The position numbers were made by a program, and so were the translations under genes. Positions 24,665-39,379 of a stretch of DNA of 64,000 nucleotides are shown piece by piece. The notes under the pieces were generated by a model that saw only the letters and a program-made list of their open reading frames with translations, was not told where the DNA came from and ran no database searches. This stretch comes from Octopus vulgaris (Eukaryota), in contig OX597833.1 of the NCBI GenBank assembly GCA_951406725.2, positions 42,904,001 to 42,968,000 of the forward strand, given 5' to 3'. Numbering within the stretch: the first letter of the stretch is position 1; each line of letters starts with the position of its first letter.

Positions 24665-24885
24665 ATGCGGTGAGCTGGCAGAATCGTTGCCACGCTGAAC
24701 AAAATGCTTAGCAGCATTTCGAAAGTCTTTAGGTTCTGAGTTCAAATTCTGCTGAGGTCGACTTTGCCTTTCTTCTTTTCGGGGTCGATAAAATAAATAC
24801 CCGTTGAACAGTGGGGGTTGATATGATTGACTCATCCACCCCGCCTCCGAAATTGCTGGCCTTGTGCTAAAATTTGAAACCATTA
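24665..24885 (+). mobile_element. SINE family A2 (older tail type)
   Basis: Family A head and core with tail 'aaattgctggccttgtgctaaaatttgaaacca'. Confidence 0.85.
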
Positions 24886-25314
24886 TAGCTTTATTTCACA
24901 GGTAAGTTTCTAAAATGGGTACAAAAATTCGAGGGACTGCTTTGGTTCCAGGGCAAAGCGCCTGTCATGTCTACTGGATGTGGGATCGAGTCCTATGGAC
25001 AACCTTCAAATTCTACCGAAAAGGGTTTGTCAACGCAGTATTTACATGCAATTTCTTATAATTTTAAGTGTATGGTTCAAATTCACTATTCCAAAGGAGA
25101 AATATTTCACGCTCGCTTGAAAGCTTGTAAATTCTTATAGTGACAACAAAGTAAATAATATCTGTCTAAATTTTTAACTATAACACAGTTCTTTATTTAA
25201 ACTTTCTATGCAAAGTATGTCATGAATTCTTAAAAATCTCTCCTGAGCCTTGACATAAAAAATATCGTTACAAATTTTGGCACAAAACCAATAGTTTTAA
25301 GGTAGGGGTTAGTC

Positions 25315-26803
<1,489 letters not shown>

Positions 26804-27131
26804 GGTTAGTCGATTACATCAACCCTAGTGATCGACTGGTACTAATTTTATCGACCCCAAAAGGAAGAAAGGCAAACTCGGCCTCGACGGAATTGGAACT
26901 CAGAATGTGAAGTCGGAAAAAAATGCTGCTAAACATTTTGTCCGAGGTGGTAACGATTCTACCAGCTCGCCGTCTTCCTAGATTCAACAGTTTTTACTTT
27001 AGACCTCAATCGCTCTAAACAGTAGCTAATTTCAGTCTATCCCTTGCGCCTGTGTACTCCTTAGATACTTGAAACTTCAGCGAACTTGTGACAAGACAGG
27101 TTGCATTTTGTTAGCTTGGGATCACAATGAA

Positions 27132-27355
27132 ATGGAGCCAAAACAAACATTATCGACGCTACATGTTTTTTTTTTTTATTTTAAAGAAAATCAAGAAAGC
27201 AGCGGAAACCTACAGGAATATACACACCGTGCACGGAGGGGATGCTGTTACTGAGCGTGTGTGTCAGAGGTGGTCTTCAAGATTTCGCTCGTGAAAGTTT
27301 CGATTGAAGTTGCATCCCGTTCTGGTCGGCCAACTGAGATTAACAGCGATGCCAA
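27132..27355 (+). mobile_element. mariner transposase N-terminal (HTH) remnant
   Basis: AAETYRNIHTVHGGDAVTERVCQRWSSRFRS...RSGRP. Confidence 0.75.
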
Positions 27356-29602
27356 ACACCATTATACGACCAGGATGATCGCAGATATTTCCCAAATAAC
27401 CAAGTCGTGTTTTGAAAACCCTCTGCATCAACTTATTTGAGTCAGTAGGATTGATGTTTGGGTCCCAACTTAGTTGCCCAACGGATTTCCATCTGCAATT
27501 CGTTGCAGAAACATAAGATGTACTTTTGAAGAGAACATTGGCAAAGGACGAAAAATGAATCATCTGTAACAATATCTAACGTACGGGGGAAGCGCAGGAC
27601 TTCGCCCAAAGAAGGTTATACCTTCAATTTGGTGGGAATGCAACTGAAGCATCGTAGATACATCAAAGCCATATATAGGCAGATCAAAAGAGTGCAGGCC
27701 CTGTATAGCTGAAACAACACTTATTAGATTGAAGAACTGCACCAACCTTCTAAACTCGAATTCGGAGACTTTTACTAGATGTATGCATCTCGAGAAGTTT
27801 CTGTTATCGAACTGTAAGACGACTCCATCATTCACCAGACTATACGTACAGTTTAATATCCGTTATCTCTTCCTTCATTTGACTACCCCATGAGGCATAA
27901 CATCTCTTGTTGCATAACTTTTCTTTTTGCACTTACTTTAAACCCATTATACTATCAATATTAACAGTATTCTTCATTCAAAGATTTACAGGGTCATAAC
28001 TAAGTTTTATCTTGCATTTCCTCTTGGAGTAGACATGTTACTAGAGTTTCATCGATTACCGGGTTGTGTACTGTCGGCTATTCAATCCTTTCCTAATACT
28101 GCGCTATTAGAGCATGAAACCTCAAGTAACTCACGTATAACTCCTGTATTCATTAAAGAATATTTTATTCTCGCTGATTTGAGTGTTTTTTCCTGATCTT
28201 ATCAAGCAAACAGTACACTACATATATCATACATACATACATTTATGTATGTTATAAACATATATCCTTACTCATGATATATACGCTTGAATGCATGCAT
28301 ATATATATATACATACATACACAAATACATGTATGTGTGTGCATGTGTGTGTGTAACTGTGTATGCAAATTAGTTTGAGTCTTCGTGTTTTGGACAAAAG
28401 TACAAATATTTCTAAAATATGTTCATTACAAAAAAAAACTATCAAAATTTACAAAGTAATCTCCATCCTCAGAAAAAAAAAGAGAGAAAGAAAAAAAAAA
28501 CCGTTCCGTCTGTACTTTCAGCCAACATTTGGAATGTCTCACAGAATATCTCTCATATATCCAATAAAGGAATCTCAGAGTATTCATTTCAAAAATATAT
28601 GTATTAATAATAAGAATAATGATGAAAAGAGGAGAACTAACATGAGAATGTTCCATAATATCTCTCTTTTTCGCTGTTTCTTCCCCCTCTCTCTTTTCCA
28701 TTGCCTTTTTCTTTCCGTTTACTGCCTTATCTTGCTTGCTTCCTACCTATCTACTTCTACTATATCTCTCTCTAGATCTCTATATGCTGCATTTCTCACT
28801 CCGTCTTTAAGTTTACTTCTCCTCCTCCTCCTCCTGTCTTTTCTCCTCTCAATATCACCCTTCCTTTCGCAACAATCTAAAAGTACGTTGAGTTTAGTGT
28901 GACCCACTCCGCCATACCAGCCGGCATATATTCGCTGGGGATGTCGTCGTCGTCGTCATCATCGTCGTTTTCGCCGTCGTTCTCTGTGGCAGTTGCTGTT
29001 GTTATTGTTTAACACCAGATCAGCTCTAATAGCTGCAGACAGATCTGTGATCAAAGGCCATTCCAACTACGACTTTACCATTTTTCTTTTACTATAGATA
29101 TTGTCAAGTGTACCTTTATATAAAACAATATAGTTTGGTGATTTGAGAGAATAATGGCTACTGGTTCTAGCTGGTGGAAAGACAACGTATACATGTAACA
29201 GTTCTCTCATCGACTCATTGTAGTAGTGATATGACCTGTGAGGTATGTTATTGTATCGGTGTGGTGGTAGTATCTTGGTTCTAGTAGTATTGCGTAGTGT
29301 AGGTTAGCGGAATCGTAGTGTTAGTGTGTTGTTAGTGATGTGATATTGTAGTGGTACTTGAAGCCGTTGAACCTCAGCTAGGTTGGGGTCTAGGTAAGCT
29401 AGAATGATGAGCATGAGATTTCTTTTTTGTCGTCATCACCTTCAATGAAAGCTGAGAAGCAGTGTGGCGGCGGAGTATTGTGTTCTGAATCCCTGTTGTG
29501 ATTTGGAGCGAGAAATATGTAGGTTTAGTAATATCAAGGATCTCTTAATAAACAAAGTAGCTAGTTAGAAAATCTCTACAAGAGATAAAAGTAGTAACTG
29601 TA

Positions 29603-29863
29603 AATAAATAAATAAATGCGCCCTTTTAAAGCCTAGCCAGGCTCATGGGCCCTGTTTTCCGGTTTCTATGGCGTATGTGTTCCCCAGCTGGACGGCACGC
29701 CAGTCCATCGCAGTGTTACTCATTTTTGCCAGCTGAGTGGACTGGAGCAACGTGAAATGAAGTGTTTTGTTCAAGAACACAACGCGTCGCACGGTCTAGG
29801 AATCGAAACCACAATCTTACGATCATGGTGCTGGCACCCTTACCACTAAGCCATGCGCCTCCA
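29603..29863 (-). mobile_element. SINE with family D head and the tail of 5540-5815
   Basis: TGGAGGCGCATGGCTTAGTGG head, (ATTT)n tail, TSD AAAAGTAGTAACT (29587-29599 / 29867-29879). Confidence 0.9.
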
Positions 29864-30034
29864 TAGAAAAGTAGTAACTATACTGAGAAGTAATGTTTAT
29901 CGCCACATCAATATGGTTGTTCAAAGTTACTACCCTTTTTAACCCCAAGAAGAGCCTCCCCCAGCTGGTTATCGATGCAATCTGCAGCAGGTCTATATTA
30001 CAAGCAAAGGAGCGAACACCTACCATATTTTAGC

Positions 30035-30076
30035 AGACCGGACAGTTTCGGGCTATTTGTGACCGTCGTCAGTGAT
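30035..30076 (-). ncRNA. Minimal hammerhead motif
   Basis: Minus strand: atca-CTGACGA-c ggtc acaaata gccc-GAAA-ctg tc cgg-TC-t; 3' strand of stem I deleted. Confidence 0.65.
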
Positions 30077-30413
30077 GAGCAACAAGCTGCTAGAGATAAC
30101 AGGAATTCGCCCCAGCTCGCTGTATATAGAAAACTGTTTTTAACCGCAGGAAGAGCCTCTCCCAGCTGGTTATCGATGCAATCTACACTCGGTATATATT
30201 GCAAGCAGGGGAGCAAATCCCTACCATCTTCTGGCAGACGACGGAATTACCAAACCGAAGGGTTTGAAGCTATTTAGTTACTACTTTCATCTCTTGTAGA
30301 TATTTTCTAATTAGCTTCTTTGCTTGTTGTAAGATCAGTGACTGATTGTCGCTTGGTTTTCTATATACTGCGAGCTGGAGTGAATTCCTGATATCTTTAG
30401 CGACCAGGTATTT

Positions 30414-30458
30414 ACCACTGACGATAGGCACAAATAGCCCGAAACCGTTCCGTCTGGT
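30414..30458 (+). ncRNA. Minimal type-I hammerhead motif
   Basis: acca-CTGACGA-ta ggc acaaata gcc c-GAAA-ccgttccg-TC-tggt; stem I acca/tggt, GUC triplet. Confidence 0.72.
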
Positions 30459-31094
30459 GATTCTGTCTTCTGCTAGGAGACTGTAGGGGTTCGCTCCCCT
30501 GCTTGCAATAACTATCGGATGCAGATTGCATCGATAACCAGCTGGAGGACGCTCTTCGTGGGGTTAAAAAACGGTAGCAACGTCGAACAGTCATATTGCT
30601 GTGGAGATATACATTACTTCTCTTAATAAACATTTAAAACCACTCATGTCTAATAGGTAGAGTGACCACCTATGGGCTCCTTCATGTTTTCCATAGCCAA
30701 TGCTTTTATTATTGATGCTGCTAATTACTCTGTTCCTCATTTTACTGCTTGCTGTTTTATGCTTCACACAGATATTTGTTGTTTATATTTTATACAAATA
30801 GTTGCTATTTTTATGGTTTATTTATGTTTTTATTAGTTATTTGATGCTTATTTTTTTCTTTTTCTTTTCATTTCTTTTTGTTGTTATGCAGTATTGATGT
30901 ATTCTGCTTGAGGGTGTCTTTAGTTTGTAATAGGCTGACTGTTTCTGTTGTGAAAATGAGGTTGTATTTTTAGGTTGTCTTGTGGCATGTTTTCTGTGCT
31001 TTGTAGCTTTTCTACAATTATTCTTTTGAATGTATCACAGTATCTACAATGGGGAGTACGGTGTTTGTTGAATGAACAGTGTTTCTGTTTTCTA

Positions 31095-31385
31095 GTTAGT
31101 TAGTTAGTTAGTTAGTTAATTTTTTGGCTCAAAAAGCAAAAAGCAAGGCCATGTAGGGGGACATGGAGTTATGTACAGGGTGGTGTTCATGTAAAGAGTT
31201 CAGGCCACTTGTGGTCAAGGGAGACTTTGAACCGTGCGGTCGTCGGCATCTTCACCATCTCGTCCGGCAGCTTATTCCATGGATCCGCAACCCGGACGGA
31301 GAAAGCCCCTCTCCTTCGATTGAGATGAAATCGTCGCAGATAGAGATTTTCGGAATGACCCCGCAGCCGACGCTCTGGAGCAGTG
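31095..31385 (-). mobile_element. CR1-clade LINE 3' end with (AACT)n tail
   Basis: RRLRGHSENLYLRRFHLNRRRGAFSVRVADPWNKLPDEMVKMPTTARFKVSLD. Confidence 0.88.
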
Positions 31386-31919
31386 ACATTTGTTCCATTG
31401 TTTTTCTTTACTTCTTTTTTTTTCTATATTTTAAAGTTTGTAATAGTAACATTTTTATTGTTTATTGATGCTTCAGTATGCTAACATGATGATAAATATT
31501 ATAAATTTGATAAAAACCCGTAAGTTGACAAACGAGAGCTAAGAACCGTTTGTCATGTTGAACAAAAAATTATGCCCACGGTGGAGTTTATAGTTAACTA
31601 CTTACTATAATGGTATTGCGTCACCTGATGTGTTAGCTGTATTGTTTTTGTGTCTGGATGTGTGGTGTGCATGGAAGTCTTCTCCAATTACGTGATTTGG
31701 AAGAGTGTGAAGGTTTTGTCATGAAAGTGTATAATCTGTTGAGACGGTTGTTGAGGTTTTAGAGTGATGTATATATATATATTAGACATATGTATATTAA
31801 CCACTAGCTAAGTTTTTATTTCGACCCAAGTGTGGAGCTATGTACATATTCAAGAATAAGATGCGAGGTAGTGCTCAAAAACTTAAAGAGTCAAAACAGC
31901 ATAGATATATACATTGACT

Positions 31920-32110
31920 ACTAATTTAGGTATAAAGCCATAGATATTTTGAAAGAAGGAACAGTCGATAATACCGACTCCTCAACCTGAATTTTTAATT
32001 ATTGATCTTGAAAGGATGTTTTTTAATTATTGATCTTGAAAGGATGTAAAGCAAAGGTGATCTTCAGATTGAAACTCAGAGCTAAAACAGACTCAACTAA
32101 ATGCCGCCAG
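31920..32110 (-). mobile_element. Old SINE family A2 copy with an internal 28-bp duplication
   Basis: Degenerate core 'attgatcttgaaaggatg.aaagcaaag'. Confidence 0.6.
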
Positions 32111-32199
32111 GTAAATTATGTGATATTCTATCAATACAATGATAAATAAAAAATACGCGAAAGTGGTAGTTACAAGGCTAATGTTTTTTCGAGGAATTT

Positions 32200-32560
32200 T
32201 TTGATTACCTTCTCTTGGTACACAAACTTTTTTGCACTGTGATTAATGTATTTCAGCTGCTTCTTGCCGAACCTGACCCTAACTAGTTTTTTGATTTATA
32301 ATTTAATTTACAGTTTCTTGCAGCCTGTTTTAAAGGAACCTCGTTTAACAACAATATGGCCAATGGACATAAGAGGATTGAAAATAGGATGTTGTAACTT
32401 CTTTGGCATTCCTTCACGTTTAACAAAAATATTAGTCAACAAAAGAGCATCTGTTCGATTGTGGTTACATAGCATGGTGCAGCTGTTATTAAACACAAGC
32501 CGACGAGGAACTGAGTTTCTACATAGCCAATTCCTCTTCTAGAAATAGTACACGAATCGT
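32200..32560 (-). mobile_element. Possible Helitron Pif1-helicase remnant
   Basis: Frameshifted resemblance to the LCNGTR, FKRLQFPV and KSQGQ motifs in the expected order; weak. Confidence 0.35.
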
Positions 32561-32604
32561 TTCGTCTTAAAATTGAAGACACGGATTAATAGTCCGATAA
32601 TATA

Positions 32605-32835
32605 TACTTCTTTATTGCCCATAAGGGGCTAAACATAGAGGGGACAAACAAGGACAGACAAAGGGATTAAGTCGATTACATTGACCCCAGTGTGAAACTG
32701 GTACTTTATTTATCGACCCCGAAAGGATGAAAGGCAAATTCGACCTCGGCGGAATTTGAACTCAGAAGGTAACGACAGACGAAATACCGCTAAGCATTTC
32801 GCCTGGCGCGCTAACGTGTCTGCCAGCTCGCCGCC
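32605..32835 (-). mobile_element. Full-length monomeric SINE family A1
   Basis: Starts GGCGGCGAGCTGGCAG, B-box-like GAGTTCAAATTCC; perfect 19-bp TSD TTAATAGTCCGATAATATA (32586-32604 / 32836-32854). Confidence 0.96.
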
Positions 32836-33244
32836 TTAATAGTCCGATAATATAGAGAATATCTCAAATAAAAGGCAGGATAGGAATAAACGTGCTGAAA
32901 CTTCTTTGGCCATAGATGTGCCAAACAACAACAACAAAAACAAGATGAAAGATACATTGGATAATGTAGTTCTATGTGTTTATTGAAGGAAGGAATGTCG
33001 GTGTGGTTATAGTTTTTATGAACACGTCTCTTGTTTCAGGATTGACAACTTCTGGAAGTAAGAAAGGATGCCTACATAAAGTAATGTAACCATAGCTGGA
33101 ATGTCTTTAGTCATCGATCATTACTGATCTCTATCTAAATAACGTATGGAAATAAGTTACTGTAATGAATAACAATATTTCTATTGTTGGTAATTATTTT
33201 TCTTTTTTGAAGATTGCAAATCTTGAGAAGTTTATCGTTAGCCA

Positions 33245-33572
33245 GTGAGGGCGCGTGGCTTAGTGGTTAGGGCATTCGGCTCATGATCGTAAGGTTGTGA
33301 GTTCGATTCCCGGCGACGCGTTGTGTCCTTGAGCAAGACACTTTATTCACGTTGCTCCAGTTCACTCAGCTGGCAAAAATGAGTTGTACTTGTATTTCAA
33401 AGGGTCAGCCTTGTCACTCTCTGTGTCACGCTGATTATCCCCGAGAACTACGTTAAGGGTACACGTGTCTGTGGAATGCTCAGCCATTTGCACGTTAATT
33501 TCACGAGCAAGCTGTTCCGTTGATCGTATCAGCTGGGACCCTCGTCGTCGTAACCGCGGAGTCTTTTTTTAG
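33245..33572 (+). mobile_element. Full-length SINE family D
   Basis: A box TGGCTTAGTGG, B box GAGTTCGATTCC, 'gtgtccttgagcaagacactt' central motif, T-run end; 11-bp TSD ATCGTTAGCCA (33234-33244 / 33573-33583). Confidence 0.94.
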
Positions 33573-34259
33573 ATCGTTAGCCACACTCGAGCTTCAGGCA
33601 TAACCCTACTCCAGAATTGAAATATGAACTAAGTAAACTGTTACCAAGTAAATGCTATTTCGTTTAAGTTTCTCTCTCTCTCCGAGAAGGGTTCCGTTCA
33701 GACCTTGAGTATTAACTTTACGCCACTGTATTGAAACATACCCATATTTCCTAACATCACGAGATGACGTTTGCTGACACAAGAACCCACTACTTTTTTT
33801 CGAGTTTGGTTTTTATTTTAGGATTTTTTAAAGGATGTTTTTGTAGTTCTTAATAATTTACCTTTAGGTGTTATAGCTGTTTATTTATTTAATTCCCTGT
33901 TTATTCAATTAATATTTTACTATTTACACATTAGCATTTGGAAGCGAAGATTGAACTTCTTTATTAGCTGTGGAGCCATAATTCTGTAGAAATATCTTGT
34001 TAATTAGAGCATAGAGGGGAAAAAAACCTTTAATTCATTAGTACATATTAATATAATGTTGAGGGCATTAGTGTGGCTATAGCCAGGAGGGTGATTAAAT
34101 AAAAGTGTGAAATACAAGTAATTTGGATACATGTATATGTACACATACACACACACACCCTCCATACATTCATTCATACACACACATACACATTTGTACA
34201 AACGCGCAAGCTCACACACATACATATGCTCAACGTACACGCACGCACGCACACACACC

Positions 34260-34344
<85 letters not shown>

Positions 34345-34345
34345 G

Positions 34346-34419
<74 letters not shown>

Positions 34420-34685
34420 GAGTCGTCCGGCAGTGACTTTTTTTTTTCATACAAGTATTTTTATGCCGAAATTTAGAGAGAAGCGGTTACTGATTAAGTT
34501 TTTCATCCTCTGAAAACTTAACAAATATTCATTGATTACCAATAAATGAAATTAATGAAAACACAGGTTTCAAAGGCAATGTTATATGCAATGGTTTGTG
34601 AACATTGTACGGAGTTTCAGGGCTTTGTAGATTTTTTCCTAGCACATAGTGGATTTCGGAGACAGAAACTGAAAAAGCCCATAGA

Positions 34686-34773
<88 letters not shown>

Positions 34774-34780
34774 GTGTCTG

Positions 34781-34829
<49 letters not shown>

Positions 34830-34839
34830 ATATGTTTGT

Positions 34840-35000
34840 GTGTCTGTGTTTATGACCTCATAACTTAGCGGTTCGGCATAAGAGAACGATAGATTAAGTA
34901 GTAGGCTTACAAAGATTGTGTCCAAGAGTAGATTTGCTCGATCAAAGGCAGCGCTCCAGCATGGCCGCAGTTAAATGACTGAAACAAGTAAAAGAGTAAA
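34840..35000 (+). mobile_element. SINE family B 3' part (another at ~35840-36030)
   Basis: 'taacttagcggttcggca...gctccagcatggccgcag..aaatgactgaaacaagtaaaaga'. Confidence 0.85.
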
Positions 35001-35728
35001 AGATATGTATATACGACTCTATTATTCTTTCTATTCTTTCATTCTCTCCTTCTTTCTATCAGTCCTTTCACACTTACTTCGTTCATTCCACTCTTCGTTC
35101 TTTCGTTCCCCCTCTCCCACATTTTCTGGCCTTCTCTTCATGCTCACTTTTCCCCCTTTTTTCATTTCGCTCTGTCCCTTTCATTTTTTCTCGCCCCTCC
35201 TTAATTCTTCTATCCCTCTGCCTCTACCTCTCTCTCTTCTCTCCCCACGTAACCGGTGTTCGGCCAAGCCTGACCTTTCTTTCTTGGTTCGACTACCGTC
35301 CGTGCAATGTCTATATTCCTCCCTGTGCCTGTCAAATCTTATTTCCCTGCTGTAAGGCTTTACTTCCACACACACCAGCTTAATTTAATTCGTCCTTTAG
35401 TCGAAAGACACCCGTTGTTATGTCTTGTTATTTGTATTTGAATTTGTGTAACATTTCTCCGCTTTTTCCGTCCTTGTTTTCATATACATTCGCTGCTTTC
35501 TTCCAAGGAATCCAATGCTCTTAGCTTAGTTTTTCCTTGGGGATGGCCATATTGGAGCAATCTTGAGTATAACCAACCGAAATTGCAAAGATAATCTGGA
35601 ACTCGACTGAGGAAAGAAAATTCCAAATGACTCGTCGTTGTTTTCCTTGTATCGTCTGTCTGGATATTTTGTTGTCCCTTTTTTGTATCACCTAACTCTC
35701 TGGATGTTTTGCGTTCTTGTTCCATTGT

Positions 35729-35819
<91 letters not shown>

Positions 35820-36070
35820 GTGTGTGTGCGCGCGCGCCTTTCTGTCAGTGTTTGTCTCTCCCTCCACTGTTTGAGAACCAGTGTTGGTGAGTTTTCGTCC
35901 CGGGAACTAAGTTATTCGGCAAAAGTGGCTGATCGAATAAGTACCAGGCTTTAAAAGAAGTACTAGGGTCGACTCATTCGTCTAGAATTCTTCTGACGGA
36001 TTCTGGTGACTAAAACAAATAGCAAAAAATAAAGATACATACATACATACATACATACATACAGATATAC

Positions 36071-36119
<49 letters not shown>

Positions 36120-36187
36120 GTGTGTGTGTTTTGTAAAAAGAGAAGGCGAGATAGAGGCATACATATATGTGCATATGTATATATACA

Positions 36188-36247
<60 letters not shown>

Positions 36248-36250
<3 letters not shown>

Positions 36251-36445
36251 GGGAAGGGTTACGAAAATAAACAAAAGACGAAGGCACGTGGAGTACAAAC
36301 GAACAATGTATTAGTATGGCGCTCAGGAATAGAAATAAAACAAGTCTTTTACGTTTCGAGCCTTCGCTCTTCGACAGAAAGATACACAGAAAAGAAACAA
36401 GGAGAGAAACAAGGAGAGAAAAAAATTGCGTGTAGGGGCTAACGA
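36248..36445 (-). mobile_element. ~200-bp (TA)n-embedded element with a variant hammerhead-like motif (36345-36382)
   Basis: Minus strand: tcttt-CTGTCGAA-gagc gaag gctc-GAAA-cg-TA-aaaga; close copy at 51412-51595 and a decayed copy at ~40430-40525. Confidence 0.75.
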
Positions 36446-36527
36446 TATATATATATATATATATAAAGTCAATCATACGATATATGTGTGTGTTTGTATG
36501 TATATATGCATACATAATATATACATA

Positions 36528-36585
<58 letters not shown>

Positions 36586-36609
36586 ACACACATCATATCG
36601 CATCATATG

Positions 36610-36920
36610 ATATATCGTATGATTGACTTTGCCCATTCTAAGAAGGCAGCAACACACGGCACCATGGCATCAAGACTTCATCCAAGATATGTGAATTATG
36701 CCATGAATTTCTAGAAGTGATGATGATGGATCTGAGAACTTCCCATATGGTTCCTATTTGTAAATTTTCCCAAAATCCATGGCAGTTGTGACGAGTATAA
36801 ACTCCAGAGCTAACAAGAACAAAGCTGGAAGAAAATTCACATAGTATATGACATTCTTCTTGAAACAAAAGCTGTTCCTCGTTTTCAGTGTCGTAGTCTT
36901 TAGGTGTAAAGCTGGAACAT
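36610..36920 (-). mobile_element. Highly decayed RTE-like LINE fragment
   Basis: KKNVIYYVNFLPALFLLALEF resembles the K..VY...LP.LLYG.E.W motif. Confidence 0.4.
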
Positions 36921-37881
36921 ACAACTCGGAACATATATACACATTAACATATATAGATATACTAGGATGTATGTAGCTAAATATACATTATGGGAACGTA
37001 TGTACGAATGAATGTATGTGTGTATGTATGTATTAAAGCAAAAAATATATGCTACATTAACATAGAACATTTGAACAAATATGGGAAACTAATTAGGAAT
37101 TACAATAAAGTGTATGTGTCGAAGAAATATACACGCGTGTCAAAATTTTTCTATGTAAACCGAATTGATATCTTAAGAAATTAAAATATCATGACCAACA
37201 TAAATGAGAGAAAAAAGCTAAAAAATAAAAAGAACAAAGCAACAAAAACTAGCGATGGGATACAACTTCAGTTAAAATAATTTCTTGGCGTTGAAAAACG
37301 GTATACACAACTTTACAATTGCCATAGTATCAAAACATATTTCATTACAAAACTCACTGGAAGGACTGAGAGACAGACATTTGTCTTTTATATAGGTGTG
37401 TATATGTGTGTGCATCTGTGTGTGTTTGTGTGTATTTCTGTGTGTATGTGAGTGTACGTATACAGAAATACATGCAGTTACAGACAAAGGTTTGTAACAG
37501 AAAAAATTTCACATTCTATTAAATATTTCCAAAATGTAAGTAATAATGCTTAGAAAGAAAAATAAAGTAGAAAACAAAAGAAACTCAAAGAAAAATGGAT
37601 ACAAACAGAATAGAAATAATGAAAAACTAAGCTGCTACAACGGTCTATAACGGTAAGCAGACGACATCTCCGCCATAGCTGATAAGAGAAATACGTATGC
37701 AAGTATTGACAGAGGTAAAGAAACGAATAGCCTAGATTTGCTGCTGTGTAGGACTCCATCCAAAATAAACAGACAGGAAAGATGGAATCTGGAATGCATG
37801 TTGGTATACCGAATTACTGTCTTCACAGCAGAACATAAAATGAAATTGTCAGAACACCAAGCGAGGGGAAGAGAAACAGAA

Positions 37882-37952
<71 letters not shown>

Positions 37953-38354
37953 AACGGAGGTGATAGAAAGTGTGGGTATAGGTGATGTTACAAGAATGAG
38001 AGACGACTACACTAATGAGGGCTACACGAAGAACATAAATGCACACATATATCTACATTGAATTATTTTTATTCTTTTTCTAGTTACAGCTCGAGTGAAG
38101 CTCCGGCCTTGCTGGAGCACCTCTTAAATTTATGTGCATGCGCGTGTGTATGTGTGCGTGTGTATGTGTGCGTGTGTATGTGTGCGTGTATATGTGTCAG
38201 TGTGATTGTGTTGTACATGCGCGTGCACATTCACAAACACGAGCACACACACACACACACACATACTCTTAGATTTACTTATGAACAGATTATATTATCA
38301 TATTTACTTCGAAACAAAAGATATCACATATGTGAAGGTACATTGTGTGTTTGA

Positions 38355-38592
<238 letters not shown>

Positions 38593-38619
38593 CTACAATG
38601 TTATATAACTCATTTCTAC

Positions 38620-38940
38620 ATCGTGGAGAATGTCTCAGTAAAGAGTTAGTCTAATGTATAAAAGCGAAATTTTCAAATGACTAATATTTAGGTATAATAA
38701 CACATACTCTTATGAGAAGTTAGCCTTAAAACTTATCATTTTTCGACATTTCGAGAAATGAAACAGGATCTCTCTAATGCATTATGCGAAGGAATATGGT
38801 TGAAGATCAGGAAACTTGTGCACCACAAGAATCACTTCAAATTGACATCCAGTTTATTCAAATCAAAGTATAATCTGATTTCGAAATGTCGTAATCAAAA
38901 TAAATATTTGCTACAAAATTTTATTTTACCGTCATGTTGA
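38620..38940 (+). mobile_element. Decayed Naiad-type Penelope GIY-YIG
   Basis: GECLSKELV/YKA...YLGI...IW...LISKCRNQNKYLLQNF, read across frameshifts. Confidence 0.6.
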
Positions 38941-39321
38941 ATATATTTTTCATCATAGATACAATTTTTTCATTTTCTTCGAAAGATTTTGATAGTTTTT
39001 TGGAAGGATTTGAGTAAGGTTCCTGCAGGTTCAGTTCTGTTAATGGAAACGCATCTGTAAATTCTAACATAATGTTTCAATGGAATCTTCTCAAAATAAG
39101 GAAAACAACATAACTTTGTTTTCATTATTGATCGTTGTGTATTGTATACTAAATTGTGCATCAATCACGTGAGTTATGAGATGAATAATGCATTTGTTTA
39201 TAAACAATACAAGATTCACCCGAAACTGTAAATGTGTAAAAAAAAAACCCAAAAAACAAGACAATAATGACACATGTAAACATGTGTCTATTTTTGCGTA
39301 TTCTCTTCGTGCGAAGAAAGA

Positions 39322-39379
39322 GTGAATGACCTGATCCGAGTTTCGGCTGTAATTGGAGACTTCTTCAGAAGCCATACAC
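39322..39379 (-). ncRNA. Minimal hammerhead motif with long stem I
   Basis: Minus strand: gtgtatggctt-CTGAAGA-agtct ccaattac agcc-GAAA-ctcgga-TC-aggtcattcac; 10 of 11 stem I positions pair (including GU). Confidence 0.68.

Larger units (their letters stand above)
29535..30632. mobile_element. Penelope pseudo-LTR-like cluster: tandem plus inverted copies of an HHR-bearing unit
   Basis: Two tandem copies (~29935-30132 and ~30136-30275), one inverted copy (~30356-30622), and a second inverted pair (29539-29599 vs 30276-30336). Confidence 0.75.

Noticed and set aside
35600-35640. Hammerhead at CTGAGGA...AAATGACTCGTC
   Set aside because: No GAAA or NUH in register. The surrounding element (35255-35725, 3' end shared with ~56680-56755) is a repeat, but the fold is unsupported.
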